Shown here in pieces: positions 1 through 13,133 of a DNA stretch of 64,000 bases. The number at the start of each line of letters is the position of its first letter. The stretch's first letter is position 1. This stretch comes from Balanoglossus misakiensis. Its lineage: Eukaryota > Animalia > Hemichordata. The notes under the pieces were generated by a model that searched no databases, was not told the origin of the DNA, and was given only the letters and a program-made list of their open reading frames with translations. The DNA lies in the NCBI GenBank assembly GCA_040954595.2, contig CM082581.2:12460286-12524285 (forward strand). Reading direction: 5' to 3'. The translations under genes and the position numbers were made by a program.

Positions 1-3000
1 TATAACCCATGATTTTTTTCAAAAATCGGCGAAATTTTGAGATTTCGCAAAGTCGAAAATTTTTCATTTTTTGATGATTTCATGAGCTATAACCCATGAT
101 TTTTTTCAAAAATCGGCGAAATTTTGAGATTTCGCAAAGTCGAAAATTTTTCATTTTTTGATGATTTCATGAGCTATAACCAATGATTTTTTTTCAAAAA
201 TCGACGAAATTTTGAGATTTCGCAAAGTCGAAAATTTTTCATTTTTTGATGATTTCATGAGCTATAACCCATGATTTTTTTCAAAAATCGACGAAATTTA
301 TGAGATTTCGCAAAGTCGAAAATTTTTCATTTTTTGATGATTTCGTGAGCTATAACCCATGATTTTTTTCAAAAATCGACGAAATTTTGAGATTTCGCAA
401 AGTCGAAAATTTTTCATTTTTTGATGATTTCGTGAGCTATAACCCATGATTTTTTTCAAAAATCGACGAAATTTTGAGATTTCGCAAAGTCGAAAATTTT
501 TCATTTTTTGATGATTTCATGAGCTATAACCCATGATTTTTTTCAAAAATCGACGAAATTTTGAGATTTCGCAAAGTCGAAAATTTTTCATTTTTTGATG
601 ATTTCATTAGCTATAACCCATGATTTTTTTCAAAAATCGACGAAATTTTGAGATTTCGCAAAGTCGAAAATTTTTCATTTTTTGATGATTTCATGAGCTA
701 TAACCCATGATTTTTTTCAAAAATCGGCGAAATTTTGAGATTTCGCAAAGTCGAAAATTTTTCATTTTTTGATGATTTCATGAGCTATAACCCATGATTT
801 TTTTCAAAAATCGGCGAAATTTTGAGATTTCGCAAAGTCGAAAATTTTTCATTTTTTGATGATTTCATGAGCTATAACCCATGATTTTTTTCAAAAATCG
901 GCGAAATTTTGAGATTTCGCAAAGTCGAAAATTTTTCATTTTTTGATGATTTCATGAGCTATAACCCATGATTTTTTTCAAAAATCGGCGAAATTTTGAG
1001 ATTTCGCAAAGTCGAAAATTTTTCATTTTTTGATGATTTCATGAGCTATAACCCATGATTTTTTTCAAAAATCGGCGAAATTTTGAGATTTCGCAAAGTC
1101 GAAAATTTTTCATTTTTTGATGATTTCATGAGCTATAACCAATGATTTTTTTCAAAAATCGACGAAATTTTGAGATTTCGCAAAGTCGAAATTTTTTCAT
1201 TTTTTGATGATTTCATGAGCTATAACCCATGATTTTTTTCAAAAATCGACGAAATTTATGAGATTTCGCAAAGTCGAAAATTTTTCATTTTTTGATGATT
1301 TCGTGAGCTATAACCCATGATTTTTTTCAAAAATCGACGAAATTTTGAGATTTCGCAAAGTCGAAAATTTTTCATTTTTTGATGATTTCGTGAGCTATAA
1401 CCCATGATTTTTTTCAAAAATCGACGAAATTTTGAGATTTCGCAAAGTCGAAAATTTTTCATTTTTTGATGATTTCGTGAGCTATAACCCATGATTTTTT
1501 TCAAAAATCGACGAAATTTTGAGATTTCGCAAAGTCGAAAATTTTTCATTTTTTGATGATTTCGTGAGCTATAACCCATGATTTTTTTCAAAAATCGGCG
1601 AAATTTTGAGATTTCGCAAAGTCGAAATTTTTTCATTTTTTGATGATTTCATGAGCTATAACCCATGATTTTTTTCGAAAATCGACGAAATTTTGAGATT
1701 TCGCAAAGTCGAAATTTTTTCATTTTTTGATGATTTCATGAGCTATAACCCATGATTTTTTTCGAAAATCGACGAAATTTTGAGATTTCGCAAAGTCGAA
1801 ATTTTTCATTTTTTGATGATTTCATGAGCTATAACCCATGATTTTTTTCAAAAATCGGCGAAATTTTGAGATTTCGCAAAGTCGAAAATTTTTCATTTTT
1901 TGATGATTTCATGAGCTATAACCCATGATTTTTTTCAAAAATCGACGAAATTTTGAGATTTCGCAAAGTCGAAAATTTTTCATTTTTTGATGATTTCATG
2001 AGCTATAACCCATGATTTTTTTCAAAAATCGACGAAATTTTGAGATTTCGCAAAGTCGAAAATTTTTCATTTTTTGATGATTTCGTGAGCTATAACCAAT
2101 GATTTTTTTCAAAAATCGACGAAATTTTGAGATTTCGCAAAGTCGAAAATTTTTCATTTTTTGATGATTTCATGAGCTATAACCCATGATTTTTTTCAAA
2201 AATCGACGAAATTTTGAGATTTCGCAAAGTCGAAAATTTTTCATTTTTTGATGATTTCATGAGCTATAACCCATGATTTTTTTCAAAAATCGACGAAATT
2301 TTGAGATTTCGCAAAGTCGAAAATTTTTCATTTTTTGATGATTTCATGAGCTATAACCCATGATTTTTTTCAAAAATCGACGAAATTTTGAGATTTCGCA
2401 AAGTCGAAAATTTTTCATTTTTTGATGATTTCATGAGCTATAATCCGTGATTTTTTTCAAAAATCGACGAAATTTTGAGATTTCGCAAAGTCGAAAATTT
2501 TTCATTTTTTGATGATTTCATGAGCTATAACCCATGATTTTTTTCAAAAATCGGCGAAATTTTGAGATTTCGCAAAGTCGAAAATTTTTCATTTTTTGAT
2601 GATTTCATGAGCTATAACGCATGATTTTTTTCAAAAATCGGCGAAATTTTGAGATTTCGCAAAGTCGAAATTTTTTCATTTTTTGATGATTTCATGAGCT
2701 ATAACGCATGATTTTTTTCAAAAATCGGCGAAATTTTGAGATTTCGCAAAGTCGAAAAATTTTCATTTTTTGATGATTTCATGAGCTATAACCCATGATT
2801 TTTTTCAAAAATCGACGAAATTTTGAGATTTCGCAAAGTCGAAAATTTTTCATTTTTTGATGATTTCATGAGCTATAACCCATGATTTTTTTCAAAAATC
2901 GACGAAATTTTGAGATTTCGCAAAGTCGAAAATTTTTCATTTTTTGATGATTTCATGAGCTATAACCCATGATTTTTTTCCAAAATCGACGAAATTTTGA

Positions 3001-6000
3001 GATTTCGCAAAGTCGAAATTTTTTCATTTTTTGATGATTTCATGAGCTATAACGCATGATTTTTTTCAAAAATCGGCGAAATTTTGAGATTTCGCAAAGT
3101 CGAAAAATTTTCATTTTTTGATGATTTCATGAGCTATAACCCATGATTTTTTTCAAAAATCGACGAAATTTTGAGATTTCGCAAAGTCGAAAATTTTTCA
3201 TTTTTTGATGATTTCATGAGCTATAACCCGTGATTTTTTTCAAAAATCGACGAAATTTTGAGATTTCGCAAAGTCGAAAATTTTTCATTTTTTGATGATT
3301 TCATGAGCTATAACCCATGATTTTTTTCAAAAATCGGCGAAATTTTGAGATTTCGCAAAGTCGAAAATTTTTCATTTTTTGATGATTTCATGAGCTATAA
3401 CGCATGATTTTTTTCAAAAATCGGCGAAATTTTGAGATTTCGCAAAGTCGAAATTTTTTCATTTTTTGATGATTTCATGAGCTATAACGCATGATTTTTT
3501 TCAAAAATCGGCGAAATTTTGAGATTTCGCAAAGTCGAAAAATTTTCATTTTTTGATGATTTCATGAGCTATAACCCATGATTTTTTTCAAAAATCGACG
3601 AAATTTTGAGATTTCGCAAAGTCGAAAATTTTTCATTTTTTGATGATTTCATGAGCTATAACCCGTGATTTTTTTCAAAAATCGACGAAATTTTGAGATT
3701 TCGCAAAGTCGAAAATTTTTCATTTTTTGATGATTTCATGAGCTATAACCCATGATTTTTTTCCAAAATCGACGAAATTTTGAGATTTCGCAAAGTCGAA
3801 ATTTTTTCATTTTTTGATGATTTCATGAGCTATAACCCATGATTTTTTTCAAAAATCGGCGAAATTTTGAGATTTCGCAAAGTCGAAAATTTTTCATTTT
3901 TTGATGATTTCATGAGCTATAACCCATGATTTTTTTCAAAAATCGGCGAAATTTTGAGATTTCGCAAAGTCGAAAATTTTTCATTTTTTGATGATTTCAT
4001 GAGCTATAACCCATGATTTTTTTCAAAAATCGACGAAATTTTGAGATTTCGCAAAGTCGAAAATTTTTCATTTTTTGATGATTTCGTGAGCTATAACCCA
4101 TGATTTTTTTCAAAAATCGACGAAATTTTGAGATTTCGCAAAGTCGAAAATTTTTCATTTTTTGATGATCTCGTGAGCTATAACCCATGATTTTTTTCAA
4201 AAATCGACGAAATTTTGAGATTTCGCAAAGTCGAAAATTTTTCATTTTTTGATGATTTCGTGAGCTATAACCCATGATTTTTTTCAAAAATCGGCGAAAT
4301 TTTGAGATTTCGCAAAGTCGAAAATTTTTCATTTTTTGATGATTTCATGTGCTATAACCCATGATTTTTTTCAAAAATCGACGAAATTTTGAGATTTCGC
4401 AAAGTCGAAAATTTTTCATTTTTTGATGATTTCATGAGCTATAACCCATGATTTTTTTCAAAAATCGACGAAATTTTGAGATTTCGCAAAGTCGAAAATT
4501 TTTCATTTTTTGTTGATTTCATGAGCTATAACCCATGATTTTTTTCAAAAATCGACGAAATTTTGAGATTTCGCAAAGTCGAAAATTTTTCATTTTTTGA
4601 TGATTTCATGAGCTATAACCCATGATTTTTTTCAAAAATCGACGAAATTTTGAGATTTCGCAAAGTCGAAAATTTTTCATTTTTTGATGATTTCATGAGC
4701 TATAACCCATGATTTTTTTCAAAAATCGGCGAAATTTTGAGATTTCGCAAAGTCGAAAATTTTTCATTTTTTGATGATTTCATGAGCTATAACCCATGAT
4801 TTTTTTCAAAAATCGGCGAAATTTTGAGATTTCGCAAAGTCGAAAATTTTTCATTTTTTGATGATTTCATGAGCTATAACCCATGATTTTTTTCAAAAAT
4901 CGGCGAAATTTTGAGATTTCGCAAAGTCGAAAATTTTTCATTTTTTGATGATTTCATGAGCTATAACCCATGATTTTTTTCAAAAATCGGCGAAATTTTG
5001 AGATTTCGCAAAGTCGAAAATTTTTCATTTTTTGATGATTTCATGAGCTATAACCCATGATTTTTTTCAAAAATCGGCGAAATTTTGAGATTTCGCAAAG
5101 TCGAAAATTTTTCATTTTTTGATGATTTCATGAGCTATAACCCATGATTTTTTTCAAAAATCGGCGAAATTTTGAGATTTCGCAAAGTCGAAAATTTTTC
5201 ATTTTTTGATGATTTCATGAGCTATAACCCATGATTTTTTTCAAAAATCGGCGAAATTTTGAGATTTCGCAAAGTCGAAAATTTTTCATTTTTTGATGAT
5301 TTCATGAGCTATAACCCATGATTTTTTTCAAAAATCGGCGAAATTTTGAGATTTCGCAAAGTCGAAAATTTTTCATTTTTTGATGATTTCATGAGCTATA
5401 ACCCATGATTTTTTTCAAAAATCGGCGAAATTTTGAGATTTCGCAAAGTCGAAAATTTTTCATTTTTTGATGATTTCAAGAGCTATAACCCATGATTTTT
5501 TTCAAAAATCGACGAAATTTTGAGATTTCGCAAAGTCGAAAATTTTTCATTTTTTGATGATTTCATGAGCTATAACCCATGATTTTTTTCAAAAATCGAC
5601 GAAATTTTGAGATTTCGCAAAGTCGAAAATTTTTCATTTTTTGATGATTTCATGAGCTATAACCCATGATTTTTTTCAAAAATCGGCGAAATTTTGAGAT
5701 TTCGCAAAGTCGAAAATTTTTCATTTTTTGATGATTTCATGAGCTATAACCCATGATTTTTTTCAAAAATCGGCGAAATTTTGAGATTTCGCAAAGTCGA
5801 AAATTTTTCATTTTTTGATGATTTCATGAGCTATAACCCATGATTTTTTTCAAAAATCGGCGAAATTTTGAGATTTCGCAAAGTCGAAAATTTTTCATTT
5901 TTTGATGATTTCATGAGCTATAACCCATGATTTTTTTCAAAAATCGGCGAAATTTTGAGATTTCGCAAAGTCGAAAATTTTTCATTTTTTGATGATTTCA

Positions 6001-9000
6001 TGAGCTATAACCCATGATTTTTTTCAAAAATCGGCGAAATTTTGAGATTTCGCAAAGTCGAAAAATTTTCATTTTTTGATGATTTCATGAGCTATAACCC
6101 ATGATATTTTTCAAAAATCGGCGAAATTTCGAGATTTCGCAAAGTCGAAAATTTTTCATTTTTTGATGATTTCATGAGCTATAACCCATGATTTTTTTCA
6201 AAAATCGACGAAATTTTGAGATTTCGCAAAGTCGAAAAATTTTCATTTTTTGATGATTTCATGAGCTATAACCCATGATTTTTTTCAAAAATCGACGAAA
6301 TTTTGAGATTTTGCAAAGTCGAAAATTTTTCAATTTTTGATGATTTCATGAGCTATAACCCATGATTTTTTTAAAAAATCGACGAAATTTTGAGATTTCG
6401 CAAAGTCGAAAATTTTTCATTTTTTGATGATTTCATGAGCTATAACCCATGATTTTTTTCAAAAATCGGCGAAATTTTGTGATTTCGCAAAGTCGAAAAA
6501 TTTTCATTTTTTGATGATTTCATGAGCTATAACCCATGATATTTTTCAAAAATCGGCGAAATTTTGAGATTTCGCAAAGTCGAAAAATTTTCATTTTTTG
6601 ATGATTTCATGAGCTATAACCCATGATTTTTTTAAAAAATCGACGAAATTTTGAGATTTCGCAAAGTCGAAAAATTTTCATTTTTTGATGATTTCATGAG
6701 CTATAACCCATGATTTTTTTAAAAAATCGACGAAATTTTGAGATTTCGCAAAGTCGAAAATTTTTCATTTTTTGATGATTTCATGAGCTATAACCCATGA
6801 TTTTTTTCAAAAATCGGCGAAATTTTGAGATTTCGCAAAGTCGAAAAATTTTCATTTTTTGATGATTTCATGAGCTATAACCCATGATATTTTTCAAAAA
6901 TCGGCGAAATTTTGAGATTTCGCAAAGTCGAAAAATTTTCATTTTTTGATGATTTCATGAGCTATAACCCATGATTTTTTTCAAAAATCGACGAAATTTT
7001 GAGATTTCGCAAAGTCGAAAATTTTTCATTTTTTGATGATTTCATGAGCTATAAACCATGATTTTTTTCAAAAATCGGCGAAATTTTGAGATTTCGCAAA
7101 GTCGAAAAATTTTCATTTTTTGATGATTTCATGAGCTATAACCCATGATTTTTTTCAAAAATCGACGAAATTTTGAGATTTCGCAAAGTCGAAAATTTTT
7201 CATTTTTTGATGATTTCATGAGCTATAACCCATGATTTTTTTCAAAAATCGACGAAATTTTGAGATATCGCAAAGTCGAAATTTTTCATTTTTTGATGAT
7301 TTCATGAGCTATAACCCATGATTTTTTTCAAAAATCGACGAAATTTTGAGATTTCGCAAAGTCGAAAAATTTTCATTTTTTGATGATTTCATGAGCTATA
7401 ACCCATGATTTTTTTCAAAAATCGGCGAAATTTTGAGATTTCGCAAAGTCGAAAATTTTTCATTTTTTGATGATTTCATGAGCTATAACCCATGATTTTT
7501 TTCAAAAATCGGCGAAATTTTGAGATTTCGCAAAGTCGAAAATTTTTCATTTTTTGATGATTTCATGAGCTATAACCCATGATTTTTTTCAAAAATCGGC
7601 GAAATTTTGAGATTTCGCAAAGTCCAAAAATTGTCATTTTTTGATGATTTCATGAGCTATAACCCATGATATTTTTCAAAAATCGGCGAAATTTTGAGAT
7701 TTCGCAAAGTCGAAAATTTTTCATTTTTTGATGATTTCATGAGCTATAACCCATGATTTTTTTCAAAAATCGACGAAATTTTGAGATATCGCAAAGTCGA
7801 AATTTTTCATTTTTTGATGATTTCATGAGCTATAACCCATGATTTTTTTCAAAAATCGACGAAATTTTGAGATTTCGCAAAGTCGAAAAATTTTCATTTT
7901 TTGATGATTTCATGAGCTATAACCCATGATTTTTTTCAAAAATCGGCGAAATTTTGAGATTTCGCAAAGTCGAAAATTTTTCATTTTTTGATGATTTCAT
8001 GAGCTATAACCCATGATTTTTTTCAAAAATCGGCGAAATTTTGAGATTTCGCAAAGTCGAAAATTTTTCATTTTTTGATGATTTCATGAGCTATAACCCA
8101 TGATTTTTTTCAAAAATCGGCGAAATTTTGAGATTTCGCAAAGTCCAAAAATTTTCATTTTTTGATGATTTCATGAGCTATAACCCATGATATTTTTCAA
8201 AAATCGGCGAAATTTTGAGATTTCGCAAAGTCGAAAAATTTTCATTTTTTGATGATTTCATGAGCTATAACCCATGATTTTTTTCAAAAATCGACGAAAT
8301 TTTGAGATTTCGCAAAGTCGAAAAATTTTCATTTTTTGATGATTTCATGAGCTATAACCCATGATTTTTTTCAAAAATCGACGAAATTTTGAGATTTCGC
8401 AAAGTCGAAAATTTTTCATTTTTTGATGATTTCATGAGCTATAAACCATGATTTTTTTCAAAAATCGGCGAAATTTTGAGATTTCGCAAAGTCGAAAATT
8501 TTTCATTTTTTGATGATTTCATGAGCTATAACCCATGATTTTTTTCAAAAATCGACGAAATTTTGAGATTTCGCAAAGTCGAAAATTTTTCATTTTTTGA
8601 TGATTTCATGAGCTATAACCCATGATTTTTTTCAAAAATCGACGAAATTTTGAGATTTCGCAAAGTCGAAAATTTTTCATTTTTTGATGATTTCATGAGC
8701 TATAACCCATGATTTTTTTCAAAAATCGACGAAATTTTGAGATATCGCAAAGTCGAAATTTTTCATTTTTTGATGATTTCATGAGCTATAACCCATGATT
8801 TTTTTCAAAAATCGACGAAATTTTGAGATTTCGCAAAGTCGAAAATTTTTCATTTTTTGATGATTTCATGAGCTATAACCCATGATTTTTTTCAAAAATC
8901 GACGAAATTTTGAGATTTCGCAAAGTCGAAAATTTTTCATTTTTTGATGATTTCATGAGCTATAAACCATGATTTTTTTCAAAAATCGGCGAAATTTTGA

Positions 9001-12000
9001 GATTTCGCAAAGTCGAAAATTTTTCATTTTTTGATGATTTCATGAGCTATAACCCATGATTTTTTTCAAAAATCGACGAAATTTTGAGATTTCGCAAAGT
9101 CGAAAATTTTTCATTTTTTGATGATTTCATGAGCTATAACCCATGATTTTTTTCAAAAATCGACGAAATTTTGAGATTTCGCAAAGTCGAAAATTTTTCA
9201 TTTTTTGATGATTTCATGAGCTATAACCCATGATTTTTTTCAAAAATCGACGAAATTTTGAGATATCGCAAAGTCGAAATTTTTCATTTTTTGATGATTT
9301 CATGAGCTATAACCCATGATTTTTTTCAAAAATCGACGAAATTTTGAGATTTCGCAAAGTCGAAAAATTTTCATTTTTTGATGATTTCATGAGCTATAAC
9401 CCATGATTTTTTTCAAAAATCGGCAAAATTTTGAGATTTCGCAAAGTCGAAAAATTTTCATTTTTTGATGATTTCATGAGCTATAACCCATGATTTTTTT
9501 CAAAAATCGGCGAAATTTTGAGATTTCGCAAAGTCGAAAATTTTTCATTTTTTGATGATTTCATGAGCTATAACCCATGATTTTTTTCAAAAATCGGCGA
9601 AATTTTGAGATTTCGCAAAGTCGAAAATTTTTCATTTTTTGATGATTTCATGAGCTATAACCCATGATTTTTTTCAAAAATCGGCGAAATTTTGAGATTT
9701 CGCAAAGTCGAAAATTTTTCATTTTTTGATGATTTCATGAGCTATAACCCATGATTTTTTTCAAAAATCGGCGAAATTTTGAGATTTCGCAAAGTCGAAA
9801 ATTTTTCATTTTTTGATGATTTCATGAGCTATAACCCATGATTTTTTTCAAAAATCGGCGAAATTTTGAGATTTCGCAAAGTCGAAAAATTTTCATTTTT
9901 TGATGATTTCATGAGCTATAACCCATGATATTTTTCAAAAATCGGCGAAATTTTGAGATTTCGCAAAGTCGAAAATTTTTCATTTTTTGATGATTTCATG
10001 AGCTATAACCCATGATTTTTTTCAAAAATCGGCGAAATTTTGAGATTTCGCAAAGTCGAAAAATTTTCATTTTTTGATGATTTCATGAGCTATAACCCAT
10101 GATTTTTTTCAAAAATCGACGAAATTTTGAGATTTCGCAAAGTCGAAAATTTTTCATTTTTTGATCATTTCATGAGCTATAACCCATGATTTTTTTCAAA
10201 AATCGACGAAATTTTGAGATTTCGCAAAGTCGAAATTTTTCATTTTTTGATGATTTTATGAGCTATAACCCATGATTTTTTTCAAAAATCGGCGAAATTT
10301 TGAGATTTCGCAAAGTCGAAAATTTTTCATTTTTTGATGATTTCATGAGCTATAACCCATGATTTTTTTCAAAAATCGGCGAAATTTTGAGATTTCGCAA
10401 AGTCGAAAATTTTTCATTTTTTGATGATTTCATGAGCTATAACCCATGATTTTTTTCAAAAATCGGCGAAATTTTGAGATTTCGCAAAGTCGAAAATTTT
10501 TCATTTTTTGATGATTTCATGAGCTATAACCCATGATTTTTTTCAAAAATCGGCGAAATTTTGAGATTTCGCAAAGTCGAAAATTTTTCATTTTTTGATG
10601 ATTTCATGAGCTATAACCCATGATTTTTTTCAAAAATCGGCGAAATTTTGAGATTTCGCAAAGTCGAAAATTTTTCATTTTTTGATGATTTCATGAGCTA
10701 TAACCCATGATTTTTTTCAAAAATCGGCGAAATTTTGAGATTTCGCAAAGTCGAAAATTTTTCATTTTTTGATGATTTCATGAGCTATAACCCATGATTT
10801 TTTTCAAAAATCGACGAAATTTTGAGATTTCGCAAAGTCGAAAATTTTTCATTTTTTGATGATTTCATGAGCTATAACCCATGATTTTTTTCAAAAATCG
10901 GCGAAATTTTGAGATTTCGCAAAGTCGAAAAATTTTCATTTTTTGATGATTTCATGAGCTATAACCCATGATTTTTTTCAAAAATCGACGAAATTTTGAG
11001 ATTTCGCAAAGTCGAAAATTTTTCATTTTTTGATCATTTCATGAGCTATAACCCATGATTTTTTTCAAAAATCGACGAAATTTTGAGATTTCGCAAAGTC
11101 GAAATTTTTCATTTTTTGATGATTTTATGAGCTATAACCCATGATTTTTTTCAAAAATCGACGAAATTTTGAGATTTCGCAAAGTCGAAAAATTTTCATT
11201 TTTTGATGATTTCATGAGCTATAACCCATGATTTTTTTCAAAAATCGGCGAAATTTTGAGATTTCGCAAAGTCGAAAAATTTTCATTTTTTGATGATTTC
11301 ATGAGCTATAACCCATGATTTTTTTCAAAAATCGACGAAATTTTGAGATTTCGCAAAGTCGAAAATTTTTCATTTTTTGATGATTTCATGAGCTATAACC
11401 CATGATTTTTTTCAAAAATCGGCGAAATTTTGAGATTTCGCAAAGTCGAAAATTTTTCATTTTTTGATGATTTCATGAGCTATAACCCATGATATTTTTC
11501 AAAAATCGGCGAAATTTTGAGATTTCGCAAAGTCGAAAAATTTTCATTTTTTGATGATTTCATGAGCTATAACCCATGATTTTTTTCAAAAATCGACGAA
11601 ATTTTGAGATTTCGCAAAGTCGAAATTTTTTCATTTTTTGATGATTTCATGAGCTATAACCCATGATTTTTTTCAAAAATCGGCGAAATTTTGAGATTTC
11701 GCAAAGTCGAAAAATTTTCATTTTTTGATGATTTCATGAGCTATAACCCATGATTTTTTTCAAAAATCGACGAAATTTTGAGATTTCGCAAAGTCGAAAA
11801 TTTTTCATTTTTTGATGATTTCATGAGCTATAACCCATGATTTTTTTCAAAAATCGACGAAATTTTGAGATTTCGCAAAGTCGAAAATTTTTCATTTTTT
11901 GATGATTTCATGAGCTATAACCCATGATTTTTTTCAAAAATCGACGAAATTTTGAGATATCGCAAAGTCGAAATTTTTCATTTTTTGATGATTTCATGAG

Positions 12001-12262
12001 CTATAACCCATGATTTTTTTCAAAAATCGACGAAATTTTGAGATTTCGCAAAGTCGAAAAATTTTCATTTTTTGATGATTTCATGAGCTATAACCCATGA
12101 TTTTTTTCAAAAATCGGCGAAATTTTGAGATTTCGCAAAGTCGAAAAATTTTCATTTTTTGATGATTTCATGAGCTATAACCCATGATTTTTTTCAAAAA
12201 TCGACGAAATTTTGAGATTTCGCAAAGTCGAAAATTTTTCATTTTTTGATGATTTCATGAGG
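1..12262. repeat. Tandem satellite DNA, 87-bp monomer, about 141 copies, continuing beyond the left edge of the window
   Basis: Monomer TATAACCCATGATTTTTTTCAAAAATCG(G/A)CGAAATTTTGAGATTTCGCAAAGTCGAAAATTTTTCATTTTTTGATGATTTCATGAGC repeats head-to-tail with only point variants and 1-bp indels. Confidence 0.99.
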
Positions 12263-12530
12263 TATAGCCCATGTTTTTTTTCGGAAATCCATCGTTTTTG
12301 ATATTTCCATGAGCTATAACCCATGAAAAACGTCGAAAAATGACAAAAACTCAAAGTTTCGCAATGTCGAGAATTCATCATTTTTGATATTTTCATGAGC
12401 TATAACCCAAGAAAAACGTCCAAAAATGACAGAAACTCAAAATTTCGCAAAGTCGAGAATTCATCGTTTTTAACAATTTTCATGAGCTATAACCCATGAA
12501 AAACGTCCAAAAATGGCAAAAACTCACAGG
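12263..12530. repeat. Diverged satellite edge subfamily (one truncated unit, then about 2.5 variant units)
   Basis: Keeps CATGAGCTATAACCCA and TTTCGCAA(A/T)GTCGA, but the intervening part reads AAAAACGTC.AAAAATGAC..AAACTCAAA. Confidence 0.85.
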
Positions 12531-13133
12531 CACAAGTAGAAGTAATCATACAAAATAACGAATACAAATGTTCACGTTTATCTAAAAAATTTAATACGTA
12601 CAAATTTGACCATGGGAATAAGACAGGCTCAAATACATGACTACTCGATGAGAAAAATGAATAACATACTAAAAAAAATAATTGAATAATAATAAGACAA
12701 TAGAAAAGAAAATTTCTGACGACATGTAAGCTTATGTCTGAAGAAAAATCTCATGTAGGACAAGGTTATCAGCTACAGAGCGCAGAATCGGTTGGATGAA
12801 CTTGATTCGTCAATACTGACAGACATGTGACCACGTTCGCCGTAACCTATGCCCTAACACGCGTCATAGTTTAAGGTACTTAAAAGTGCCATTGCTCGAA
12901 AACAGTTTCAAATAAATAAATTTGAAAATATAATACATTTCACAGGTATCGGTACAGAAAAAAAAGTCGCACCAACTAAAAAGTTTTCCTCACAAACCCT
13001 AAACCCTCCACTGCCCCCTGCAGTTCAAATCGGCATGTTTTTAAGTACCGATTTTTATTTTCTGCCTCGAACCGTCCAGGAGTTGACTTTAAATAATTAA
13101 TTACTCCATTAAATAAATTGAGAGCGGTCCCGT

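Noticed and set aside
298-4332. Repetitive ORFs (MKNFRLCEISKFRRFLKK...) in the satellite
   Set aside because: 87 bp equals 29 codons, and single variants remove the TGA. These are artefacts of the repeat.
1-12262. CRISPR array or CENP-B box interpretation of the tandem repeat
   Set aside because: There are no unique spacers and the context is eukaryotic. TTCGCAAAGTCGAA does not fit the CENP-B core TTCG-N4-A-N2-CGGG.
12994-13007. Telomere-like AAACCCTAAACCCT, and one TAACCC per satellite monomer
   Set aside because: Only one or two units, which is expected by chance.
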